From a virus (taxonomy: Duplodnaviria > Caudoviricetes), in IMG/VR virus record IMGVR_UViG_3300017700_000562, positions 1-57,100 of that record: DNA of 57,100 nucleotides, one strand, 5' to 3'. Below the pieces are notes generated by a model. That model did not search any database and was not told the origin of the DNA. It saw only the letters and a program-made list of their open reading frames with translations. Of this stretch, positions 35,397 to 43,337 are shown one piece after another. Position 1 is the stretch's first letter; each line of letters starts with the position of its first letter. The position numbers and the translations under genes are program-made.

Positions 35397-37780
35397 TGCG
35401 CCCCCACAGGAGCAGGCGTCTCGACCTGGTAATACTGGCCACCCTTCTTTATATAGTAGTTCTGGCCATCCGGGGTGCGGGGTGTATCGAAGTCTTCCTC
35501 CGAATCCTCGTCGAATTCGGCTTCCTGCGACTGTTCGTGCGGGATCAGCAGCCGGCTATCCTGGTTGGCGCTGTCCTGCAGCGCCTCCTGTATCATCTGC
35601 TTGATCAGTGCAGCCAGACCTTCACCCTCGCCGGCATCCTGCAGGTTCTCGACGGCGTTGCCAATTTCCTTGATACGCTTGGTGTGCGAATCGAACGCCT
35701 GGATGTCGGTCTTGCGATACTCGTTGGACACGCTCGCACCCTTGAGCGCCAGTTCGGCCGTCTTGTCTTCCAGCGCCTTTTGCAGTTGTTGCAGACCTTC
35801 GGTGGCCTGCTTAAGCTGGGCTTCAAGCTGCTGCGTCTTGGGATTGGGCGCTTCGTCGTCAAGCAGCCACGGAGCGTTGGCCTTGAGTTTGCGTTTGTAG
35901 CGCTCCGAAATCTTGTCGGCCAGCGGGAAGTCAGCAGACTTGAACATGAGATCGCCGAATTCGTCGATGAACGCCGGGTTGCCGGTAACGATCTGGACGA
36001 ACGCGTTCCAGGCCTCCTGCCGCTGGGTTGAATAGGCCGGACCGGACTTGGCCTGCACCTTGTACTTGCCCACGGACGGATTGAACATTACCTGGACTTC
36101 GTCGGCGTCGATCTTCTTTTCCTCGTACGCCGCCTTGGCCTTCGGATCGATCTGCACTTCCATTTCGGTGCCATCCTTTTCGAGGATTTGCACCACGCGC
36201 TTGGTATCGTAGGTCTTGGGGATCAGATCGAGCAGAATGATGCCCGTGGTCTCGATGGCAATAGCCAGATTGTCGTTGAAATTATAGGTGATCAGTTCGC
36301 CGGTCTGCTTGGTCTGATTGATCGCGTAGCCCGACTTCTCGACGGTCGGCTTGCCGAACTGCGCCGGACCTTGACCCGAGGCCATTTCAAATTCAGCCGC
36401 TGCAATCTGCATGCCGGTAATGAAGGCCGGCGACGCACCGGGCGGTTCGGGGCGTGTTGGTGCGGGGATCGGTTGACCCTGTGCGTCGACGTGCTTGAAC
36501 GTGAGATAGGCCGCGTTGGTCTTGTTGGCGTTATTCCATGCCCTTTCATTTCCGGCGAACGCCGCAGCCGGACCGACCCACGGCGATTTGGAGGCCAGCG
36601 CACCATATTCGACCTGACCGGACGAATTGTAGTTGTACATGCGCTGCGGGTCCTTGAGCGTGCGTACCAGACCCTTGCGCTCCAGCTTGCCGTCGATGAC
36701 GCGCTCCTTGCCGACGCAGCGCACGATGGGAACATATGACGACTTCAAGTCACGCCGTTCCAGAATTTCCGACCCCGCCAGCTTGAACCATTGCAGGCGG
36801 CGAACGTCGATAGGCCGGCGCTTGACTTCGGTGTCCTCGCTGATGTCCTTCTCCAGCTTGCGAATCTGGCGCAACACGGCCGGGTCGCACTGCGACTTGC
36901 GGATGGTGCTCTCCTTGTCGCCCTCGCGCACGTAGATCAGTTCGTCGCGCTCGATGTTGATGCGATAATACTCGGCGATGCGGACCTGGTCATCCTTGAA
37001 CCAGTCCAGCATGTCACCGGACAGCGCCGACCCACGCGGGACGCGGACCTTGGGATACTGGCGCTTGAACTCCTTGATAGGCATACTGTCGAAGATGAAC
37101 CCCCACATGGCGTCGAGGCCGGACTTCTGCTTGATGTTGGGATCGAGCAACACGCCCATATGTGACTGCACCGGGGCGATGCGGCACTCCTGATCGAACG
37201 AATCGTCGTCCGCGTATTCGGTAATGATGCGCCAATATCCGATGCCGCCTTCTACCGCGCTTTCCATCGCGTCGTCGTAAATAGCCTGTGCACCGGACCG
37301 ATATTCGATATTGCGAACCAGACCCTCGTACATCTGAGCCGCGTCGTACGAACTGTCGGCCCCGGCCGGGCGAATATCGATGGCTGCCTTGTTCTGCTTG
37401 GCGTCGTTTGTGACCAGGGCCACGTGGTTCTGCGTCTTGTTGATCGTCAGTGACGGTTTACCGACGACGCCGCGCTCACGCCACATATCGTTCGGCCACT
37501 GCCAGCCGTTATCACTGTCACCGTTGGCGAACTTGACGTCGTCCACATACAGCGACATGAACGCAGATTCCCAGTCCATCGCGATGTCAAAGCGTTCGCG
37601 GGCCTCGATCAGGATGTCTTCGTCGATCTGCTCGTCGTCGATTTCCTGCTCGCTGCGGGTCTCGGCCAGTTCGGACACCTCAGTGCCTTCACGAGTCTTG
37701 CGAATATTGTTAAGTTCACCCGAATTCTGGTTCGAGATCGAGCGCATGCCGGGAGTGGAGCGGGGGCGACGGGTTGCCAT
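35393..37780 (-). CDS. Portal protein, P22-like
   Basis: DDVKFANG...WQWP, LTINK, GGIGYWRI, LKDPQRMYNY and GPAYSTQRQE, directly downstream of terL. Confidence 0.92.
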   Translation of the reverse strand: MATRRPRSTPGMRSISNQNSGELNNIRKTREGTEVSELAETRSEQEIDDEQIDEDILIEARERFDIAMDWESAFMSLYVDDVKFANGDSDNGWQWPNDMWRERGVVGKPSLTINKTQNHVALVTNDAKQNKAAIDIRPAGADSSYDAAQMYEGLVRNIEYRSGAQAIYDDAMESAVEGGIGYWRIITEYADDDSFDQECRIAPVQSHMGVLLDPNIKQKSGLDAMWGFIFDSMPIKEFKRQYPKVRVPRGSALSGDMLDWFKDDQVRIAEYYRINIERDELIYVREGDKESTIRKSQCDPAVLRQIRKLEKDISEDTEVKRRPIDVRRLQWFKLAGSEILERRDLKSSYVPIVRCVGKERVIDGKLERKGLVRTLKDPQRMYNYNSSGQVEYGALASKSPWVGPAAAFAGNERAWNNANKTNAAYLTFKHVDAQGQPIPAPTRPEPPGASPAFITGMQIAAAEFEMASGQGPAQFGKPTVEKSGYAINQTKQTGELITYNFNDNLAIAIETTGIILLDLIPKTYDTKRVVQILEKDGTEMEVQIDPKAKAAYEEKKIDADEVQVMFNPSVGKYKVQAKSGPAYSTQRQEAWNAFVQIVTGNPAFIDEFGDLMFKSADFPLADKISERYKRKLKANAPWLLDDEAPNPKTQQLEAQLKQATEGLQQLQKALEDKTAELALKGASVSNEYRKTDIQAFDSHTKRIKEIGNAVENLQDAGEGEGLAALIKQMIQEALQDSANQDSRLLIPHEQSQEAEFDEDSEEDFDTPRTPDGQNYYIKKGGQYYQVETPAPVGAQ

Positions 37781-37781
37781 T

Positions 37782-39131
37782 TTAACGCATCCATCCTAGT
37801 TGCTGGTTTTCACCGTGATAGCCATGGTCTTCTTCGTGTTCTTCGGCGCGGAAGTCTTCAACTTCTTCCAGCATCCAGGTCGCATAAGACCCGAACGAAT
37901 CGGCGTCATGGCTGCTGTCGTCGTGGACCGGGGTATTGGTGCGCTGGCGCGTCTGCGCGTTGATGCCGTAACGATAGCGGGGTAACGATGACAGCAAATT
38001 CGGGCAACCCTTCTCGCTGATGTAGATGCGAGGAAACAGGGTGCGGCACGCATTGATGCGGATCGATATGTTGGAAATAGCCGACTTCTCGCATCGGACC
38101 ACGCCCTCGGTCGGATAGGCAGCCAGCGTCTGCTTGAACGGCGTCGCCGTGATGTTCATCTTGTCCTGCCGGGCGTCGTGCGGCAACCAGATGCCGCCGA
38201 TCTGAAACCCGGTATCCTGAATATGCTTCAAGTAGTGTGGCCAGTCGTGGCCCACGTTAGAATAATGATAGATCGCGTGGTGCTGCATTCCGATCTGTTG
38301 CCAGAATGTCAGCGACGTCATGTCGCGCTTGCCAAGGTCGACCGTCACGATGACGGGCTTGCCCTTGATGTGGCCAATGTTCGGTGAAATCCGACCCTCG
38401 GCGATGGCGGCGTCGAGTTCACGATAGTAAATCGATCCCTTGACGGTGCGCCGGACCTTGCCACCCCAGATCGTTCGCGCGCTGTCCGGGTCCTTGGCAT
38501 ACATGTCGACCATCTGTCGACGCAGGATTTCAGGAAACCACGGGTTGTCCTCGTGGTTACACTCGATGACTACCGTGCCCTCCGGCGGGTCGAGAACCCA
38601 GTGCTGGTAAGTGTAGCTGGTGGCCAGTTCAGGGTTAAAGTCGATCCAGACTTCGGACCCTTGCCCGAAAGGACCGAAAGGAGGATCGCGACGGATCGTA
38701 GGAATGAGGACTTCCCATGTCGCCTCCGGAATCGGTTCTGCCTCTGTGACCCAACAAACATCGATAGCCTCCATCGACTTGATGTTCAGGATGTTGTTAC
38801 GCAGACCTTCGAACACGAACCTGGTGCGATGACCATTACCATCCGGGGCACCGCGAATCTCGTTGTCGAGCACATCATAGTAGCCGTCGTAGCCCATCAT
38901 CCTGATCTGGTCGGACAGCAGCTTGTGTACGGATTCCTTGATCGATTTCTGGATGTCGCGGGCACACAGGTTGAACAACTTGCGGTTCATCCCCAGCGTC
39001 AGCAGTGCCCGCGCGTAGTCCCACGACTTGGCCCCACCGCGTCCGCCATACGACACCTTGTAGGGCGCAGGTTTGAACAGCGGTATCGCCTTCTCGGTAA
39101 ACTGGACGCGGGGTTTGACGAGGGCGTTCAT
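37782..39131 (-). CDS. terL: Terminase large subunit (PBSX/Sf6-like, headful type)
   Basis: YGGRGGAKS Walker A, WVTEAE Walker B, DFNP, DNPWF, VDLG and HDDSSHDADSF. The true start is MNALVKP at 39131. Confidence 0.93.
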   Translation of the reverse strand: MNALVKPRVQFTEKAIPLFKPAPYKVSYGGRGGAKSWDYARALLTLGMNRKLFNLCARDIQKSIKESVHKLLSDQIRMMGYDGYYDVLDNEIRGAPDGNGHRTRFVFEGLRNNILNIKSMEAIDVCWVTEAEPIPEATWEVLIPTIRRDPPFGPFGQGSEVWIDFNPELATSYTYQHWVLDPPEGTVVIECNHEDNPWFPEILRRQMVDMYAKDPDSARTIWGGKVRRTVKGSIYYRELDAAIAEGRISPNIGHIKGKPVIVTVDLGKRDMTSLTFWQQIGMQHHAIYHYSNVGHDWPHYLKHIQDTGFQIGGIWLPHDARQDKMNITATPFKQTLAAYPTEGVVRCEKSAISNISIRINACRTLFPRIYISEKGCPNLLSSLPRYRYGINAQTRQRTNTPVHDDSSHDADSFGSYATWMLEEVEDFRAEEHEEDHGYHGENQQLGWMR

Positions 39132-39604
39132 TACTGCGTGACCGAAGCCTTGATGAACCCGGTAATGACGCCGGTTGTCTTGGTGAAGCAGTTGGCACCG
39201 GACGACAGCACGGCAGTAATTCCGGTTGAATAGGCTGACGCCGGACCGGGGTTGAAACTGAGGGTGGCGTTGCCGTTCGCCGGCAGGGCCACACAGTCCA
39301 GCGGCGTAACTACCCCATCGGCTGGAACAGTGGTTGAATTGAGAATGAGCAAGAACCCGGCCGTCGCCGTGGCATTCGCTGCGTACACGTTGTAAAGCTG
39401 GCCGGGGGCGGCGAGCAGAACGCGCGAAAATTCGGCGCTGGGCGACGCGACGGACGGGATCGCCTGCACGCAATTGTAAATCGGAGCGCCACCCTGCACG
39501 CGGTACGACAGCCAGCACTGAGACTGGGTAACCTGCGCGTTGACGAGGGTCGGGGCGAGAGCGCTGAACACCAGCGCCAGTAACATCGGGATCAGGCGCT
39601 TCAT
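39131..39604 (-). CDS. Sec-signal exported beta-rich protein (4 Cys)
   Basis: MKRLIPMLLALVFSALAPTLVNA-Q, with a GGAG RBS. Its stop overlaps the terL start. Confidence 0.8.
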   Translation of the reverse strand: MKRLIPMLLALVFSALAPTLVNAQVTQSQCWLSYRVQGGAPIYNCVQAIPSVASPSAEFSRVLLAAPGQLYNVYAANATATAGFLLILNSTTVPADGVVTPLDCVALPANGNATLSFNPGPASAYSTGITAVLSSGANCFTKTTGVITGFIKASVTQ

Positions 39605-39627
39605 GTTCTGGTCTCCAGTTGATTGAT

Positions 39628-39664
39628 GAAAAGAAGCCCCCGATGTACCAGAACACCGGGGGCT
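39628..39664 (-). terminator. Rho-independent terminator
   Basis: agcccccg...cgggggct stem followed on the minus strand by tcttttc. Confidence 0.6.
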
Positions 39665-39714
39665 AAGTCTAGGGAGGAAACGCCCAGTCGGGCCTCGTAC
39701 GGCGACGTGCCGAA

Positions 39715-40317
39715 TTACTGGGTACGATACCACTTGGTCGTGGTGGCATTGTAGAACCACTCATAGCAGGTTCCTGCGCCGGTCGCAGGCGGAATCGCCA
39801 TGGCGGTGGGGCCGTTCATGATCGTGGTGCCGGACCCGGCCGTCAGGGTCAGCGCCGTGATGATCTGAGTCGAACACAGGCCGAGCAGCTGATTGTCGAG
39901 CAGGGTCGACGCTGCGGGGAACACGAAGGTCAGCGCAGCAAGCGTGCCGGCCGGTTCGATCTGGACGCGCCGGGTGCCGGGCAACACAGTGATCGATGTC
40001 CCGGTCAGGGGGACGCTATACTGGTAGGGGCCGGCACCGAGGGTCGAAATGTCGATGGCGACGGTCTGGGGTGCCTGACCAGATGGCAAATGAGTATCCG
40101 CCACGATGGTTTCGTTGCCGGTGAGAGCAGACGGGCCGGCCGGGACTGGAGAAGTGCAGGTCGGCGTGGTACCGGGCACGCCCGATGTTGCGTAACCGGC
40201 GCAACCAGCCGGGCCGCCGACGAGGGGAAAGCCGGGAAAGTAGCCGTCAGCAATCGCAGCACCGACGCCCAGGGCGAGGGCAGCGGCTGCTACCAGAGCG
40301 TAGAGGGAACGCTTCAT
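39715..40317 (-). CDS. Sec-signal exported beta-rich protein (4 Cys), decoration/fibre-like C-terminus
   Basis: MKRSLYALVAAAALALGVGAAIA-D, and IEPAGTLAALTFVFP...STQIITALTL...WYR. AGGAG RBS. Confidence 0.8.
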   Translation of the reverse strand: MKRSLYALVAAAALALGVGAAIADGYFPGFPLVGGPAGCAGYATSGVPGTTPTCTSPVPAGPSALTGNETIVADTHLPSGQAPQTVAIDISTLGAGPYQYSVPLTGTSITVLPGTRRVQIEPAGTLAALTFVFPAASTLLDNQLLGLCSTQIITALTLTAGSGTTIMNGPTAMAIPPATGAGTCYEWFYNATTTKWYRTQ

Positions 40318-40712
40318 TGTAGTCTCCTAGTAGTAGCCGGGACCAGCCCCGGCGATGCATCCGCAGGATTGCGGAATTGATTGCCAAACACGTCTACGTC
40401 CATCGACACTTGGTCATATGGGCTGTAGATTGGGTCATATTTGGCCATATTCTCTTCCACGGTGGGGAGACGCCCCATCGAGCGACGAATAAGCCGCATT
40501 CGTTCCGGTGAAATGCGCGTGATGGCGTCCGGAACCTTGGTCATAAACCGGTGGTTGGTCTTGATGATCTTGAACCCGCCTTGATACCGGGGCACAATAC
40601 GATAAAAGTGGTGATCGAATTCTTTCACTTGCATCAGGCTCGACGCCCGCACGATTGCGGGGCCAGCTACGAGGGCCGCGAAGCCAGTGATAAAGGAACG
40701 ACGGGCGATCAT
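40314..40712 (-). CDS. Twin-arginine (Tat) signal protein, paralog 2
   Basis: MIARRSFITGFAALVAGPAIVRA-SSLMQVK. Confidence 0.7.
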   Translation of the reverse strand: MIARRSFITGFAALVAGPAIVRASSLMQVKEFDHHFYRIVPRYQGGFKIIKTNHRFMTKVPDAITRISPERMRLIRRSMGRLPTVEENMAKYDPIYSPYDQVSMDVDVFGNQFRNPADASPGLVPATTRRLQ

Positions 40713-40948
40713 GCTAAAAGCCTCTGATAGCGAGCAGCGATGCGCTCAACACTCGGAAAATCTGCAACCTTCCACAGGACGTCGCCAATTTCTTCTATTA
40801 CCTTGAAATCAGACGGCCGAAGGAACTTTAAGCCCCCGTCCAAAACCAACGGCGTCGCCTTCACCTGCATCAACGACCCGGCGCGCACGATCGCGGGTGC
40901 TGCGATCAGGGTCGCGAGGCCAGTGATAAAGGAACGACGAGCGATCAT
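40709..40948 (-). CDS. Twin-arginine (Tat) signal protein, paralog 1
   Basis: MIARRSFITGLATLIAAPAIVRA-GSLMQVK, with ATGA overlaps at both ends. Confidence 0.7.
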   Translation of the reverse strand: MIARRSFITGLATLIAAPAIVRAGSLMQVKATPLVLDGGLKFLRPSDFKVIEEIGDVLWKVADFPSVERIAARYQRLLA

Positions 40949-41253
40949 TTGGGAACGCCCCAACTTTTGTGCCTGAACCCACCCCACCCGGCGTATTCCA
41001 TTTCGGAGCCAATCTTGTTCTGCTCGCTCTGTTCCTCTACTCGCAGCGGGTGCGTGACGTCACTCAGTGCCGCGTCGATCTGGTTGACGGTCTCGGTCAC
41101 CTGCTGCAGGACCTGCGCGCCCAGCGTAACGATGGTGGTTCCCATAGCGTTGGGCTCGTACACCGTGACCTGGTTCATATTGAACCGGCGCTTGACCAAG
41201 GTTTCCGGTTTGCCGGACAACTGAACGGGACAGGTGAGGACGAGCCAAGTCAT
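40945..41253 (-). CDS. Hypothetical protein
   Basis: GAGG RBS and coupling to the Tat ORF. Confidence 0.6.
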   Translation of the reverse strand: MTWLVLTCPVQLSGKPETLVKRRFNMNQVTVYEPNAMGTTIVTLGAQVLQQVTETVNQIDAALSDVTHPLRVEEQSEQNKIGSEMEYAGWGGFRHKSWGVPK

Positions 41254-41371
41254 CGGTACCTCATGGGTCTGCCCCGAATGAAGCTGGACACCCGGCGACC
41301 CCTGCCATAGACCAGCACGATATTGCGATCAGTGGGTGGACGGCGCGTCGGGTGTTCTGCGATGCCGGGGT

Positions 41372-41917
41372 TCATTTCTTCACCTTGGCTTTGGCTGCCG
41401 GGGCTACGAACTCGATCTCCACGCTATGCGGGATCGGGGTGCCATTGGGGCCGGAATGTTCGTTCTTGTTGACCGGGTTGTAACGGTCGGGGCGCTTACC
41501 CTTCATGATCATTTGCATCAAGGGGTCGGAGTAGAGGGTGCGCTTGTCGACGGCCACGCCGTCTTTGTTGAACACCTTCTCGTCGTAACCGGTGGCGCGA
41601 CGGGTGGCTTCGTCCTCCAGCACGTCGACGCCTGCCTCATGGGCGTGCTCGTACCGGGTAAAGAAATTTTCATTGTAGTCGTGGCGGAAAGTCGGGGACT
41701 TGGGGTCCAGGGCATCGCGCTCCGTCTTGGCATCATCGCGCCAGTTGAACACTGTGGCGCGATGGATGCCTGCGGCTGCTGCTGCCTTGGTGATGGACCA
41801 GCCTTGCGAGATCACTTCAAGAACCTTGTCCTCTACCGCCCGGTCCCGCTTGGCTACGAACTTGCCCAGGGTCTTGACGCTGGGGTGTAACTTGCGACTG
41901 GTCGCGGACTTTGCCAA
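41372..41917 (-). CDS. terS: Terminase small subunit
   Basis: HTH (SITKAAAAAGIHRATVFNW), LEDEATRRA, YSDPLM and EHSGPNG.PI. First gene of the late arm. Confidence 0.85.
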   Translation of the reverse strand: MAKSATSRKLHPSVKTLGKFVAKRDRAVEDKVLEVISQGWSITKAAAAAGIHRATVFNWRDDAKTERDALDPKSPTFRHDYNENFFTRYEHAHEAGVDVLEDEATRRATGYDEKVFNKDGVAVDKRTLYSDPLMQMIMKGKRPDRYNPVNKNEHSGPNGTPIPHSVEIEFVAPAAKAKVKK

Positions 41918-42070
41918 TTGGGGACTCTTGCGCGTGTGAAATGGTCGTGTTGGTTGACGGCGCTCAACCTACCACGCGCTGCCCCCTCCCCACAAGACTG
42001 GAACTGAATCACCACCCCTCCTGCATGGGTCTGCATGACTAGGAATTTGAAATCCATGCAGCCTTCGAGG

Positions 42071-42230
42071 CCCGTCCGACGGGGCCTCTCTTGGGTTTCT
42101 TATATTTTTTATATTTTATTATTAAAAAAGGGAAGAAAGCCATCCTCCCGCAGCGCTGCCATGCTTCTGCCGGCACTCGCACGAATACCCAAGAAATATA
42201 AGAAACCCAAGAGAAACCGCGTCGGACGGG
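42071..42230. repeat. Long imperfect inverted repeat around an AT-rich core at the strand-divergence point
   Basis: 42087-42107 tctcttgggtttcttatattt pairs perfectly with 42194-42214. The outer cccgtccgacg pairs with cgtcggacggg. Confidence 0.85.
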
Positions 42231-42256
42231 GGTTTTCGTATGTGAGGGTCTGGTTG

Positions 42257-42303
42257 GCCCTCTCCCCTTCCCGCTTGACGGAGGGGAGAGGGCGTGCTCT
42301 TAT
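42257..42303 (+). promoter_or_regulatory. 12-bp hairpin with a TTGACG -35 in its loop; candidate early promoter
   Basis: gccctctcccct...aggggagagggc, with TTGACG at 42275 followed 17 nt later by TCTTAT. Confidence 0.5.
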
Positions 42304-42409
42304 CCAGAGCGCTTCGGAGTCAGGGTAAGGTCTCGGCAGATCAACCCCAGATCTCGGAAGCAAGACCACATCTAATCACGTCCCGCCTCTCTCGGCAAGG
42401 GAGAACTTT

Positions 42410-42652
42410 ATGCCTCGTACTGTCGTCCTGTCATGGTTATTCCACATCACTGCCAAGCGGGATACGGTAATGGGTGAAGTTGTGACCAGGATGCGCAAAC
42501 GACGAGACGCCCCTAATTTCTTCTCCACCAAGACCCGCATGCGAGAATATATGATCGTCAAGATGGGACTGGCCCCATATGTCATGGATACTTGCTTTGC
42601 TGATTTGTGGAAATCTTACAGGCAATACCTAAAAAATAGGGTAAAATTATGA
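42410..42652 (+). CDS. Hypothetical protein
   Basis: GGAG RBS; first ORF of the + arm. Confidence 0.6.
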   Translation: MPRTVVLSWLFHITAKRDTVMGEVVTRMRKRRDAPNFFSTKTRMREYMIVKMGLAPYVMDTCFADLWKSYRQYLKNRVKL

Positions 42653-42855
42653 CTGATACCCAGGACCCTGACTTCGCTGTCGAGCCCGACCCTCGCACTG
42701 GTCCTTTCCTCGCCGAGTACAAGATGGTCGAACACCAGATCATCGAAGTCCTGATGACCAAGATCAACGAGCAAGCCAAGATGGGCTGGCGACTGGTCCA
42801 GGTCATCTACAACCCCGATCGCAAGATTGCATTCATGGAAAGGCTGACTCGCTGA
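42649..42855 (+). CDS. Small DUF4177-like protein
   Basis: EYKMV...KINEQAKMGWRLVQV. Confidence 0.55.
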   Translation: MTDTQDPDFAVEPDPRTGPFLAEYKMVEHQIIEVLMTKINEQAKMGWRLVQVIYNPDRKIAFMERLTR

Positions 42856-43337
42856 TGCCCATGCCCCCCATAATCAGCAAAAAAGCAGCTAGGGCTCAGG
42901 GCTTAAAGCGATATTATACTGGTGTTCCGTGTAAGCACGGTCACACCGCAGATCGTAGGGTATCCGATAGTGGGTGCCTTGGGTGTAAAAATCAACGGGA
43001 GCGCGACAGGCGAAAAAAGTCCGAACATCAGTCCAAGGAATTACAACGTAATCAGTTATACAGAACCCAGTTACGACACGATGTCTTATCCAATTATGGG
43101 GGCAAGTGTGCCTGTCCAGGGTGCGATATAGCTGAACCCCGGTTCCTTGGCATCGACCATATCGAGGGGGGAGGTCGAAAACATCGTAAAGAAATAGGTA
43201 GCGGCCCCGGACTTTATGTTTGGTTAAGGAATAACGACTACCCCAAAGACAAATTTCGTCTTCTGTGCCACAACTGTAACCACTCGTACGGCCATTATGG
43301 CTTCTGCGCACATGGGGTCTCCAATGGCAAAGTCTAG
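42855..43337 (+). CDS. HNH-type homing endonuclease
   Basis: GLKRYYTGVPCKHGH Zn-finger-like N-terminus, then YGGKCAC...IDHIEGGG...LCHNCN. Confidence 0.75.
   Translation: MPMPPIISKKAARAQGLKRYYTGVPCKHGHTADRRVSDSGCLGCKNQRERDRRKKSEHQSKELQRNQLYRTQLRHDVLSNYGGKCACPGCDIAEPRFLGIDHIEGGGRKHRKEIGSGPGLYVWLRNNDYPKDKFRLLCHNCNHSYGHYGFCAHGVSNGKV

Noticed and set aside
37782-39656. 624-aa terminase with a long N-terminal extension
   Set aside because: The extension is an off-frame read of the 39131-39604 gene. The real start at 39131 is coupled to that gene's stop.
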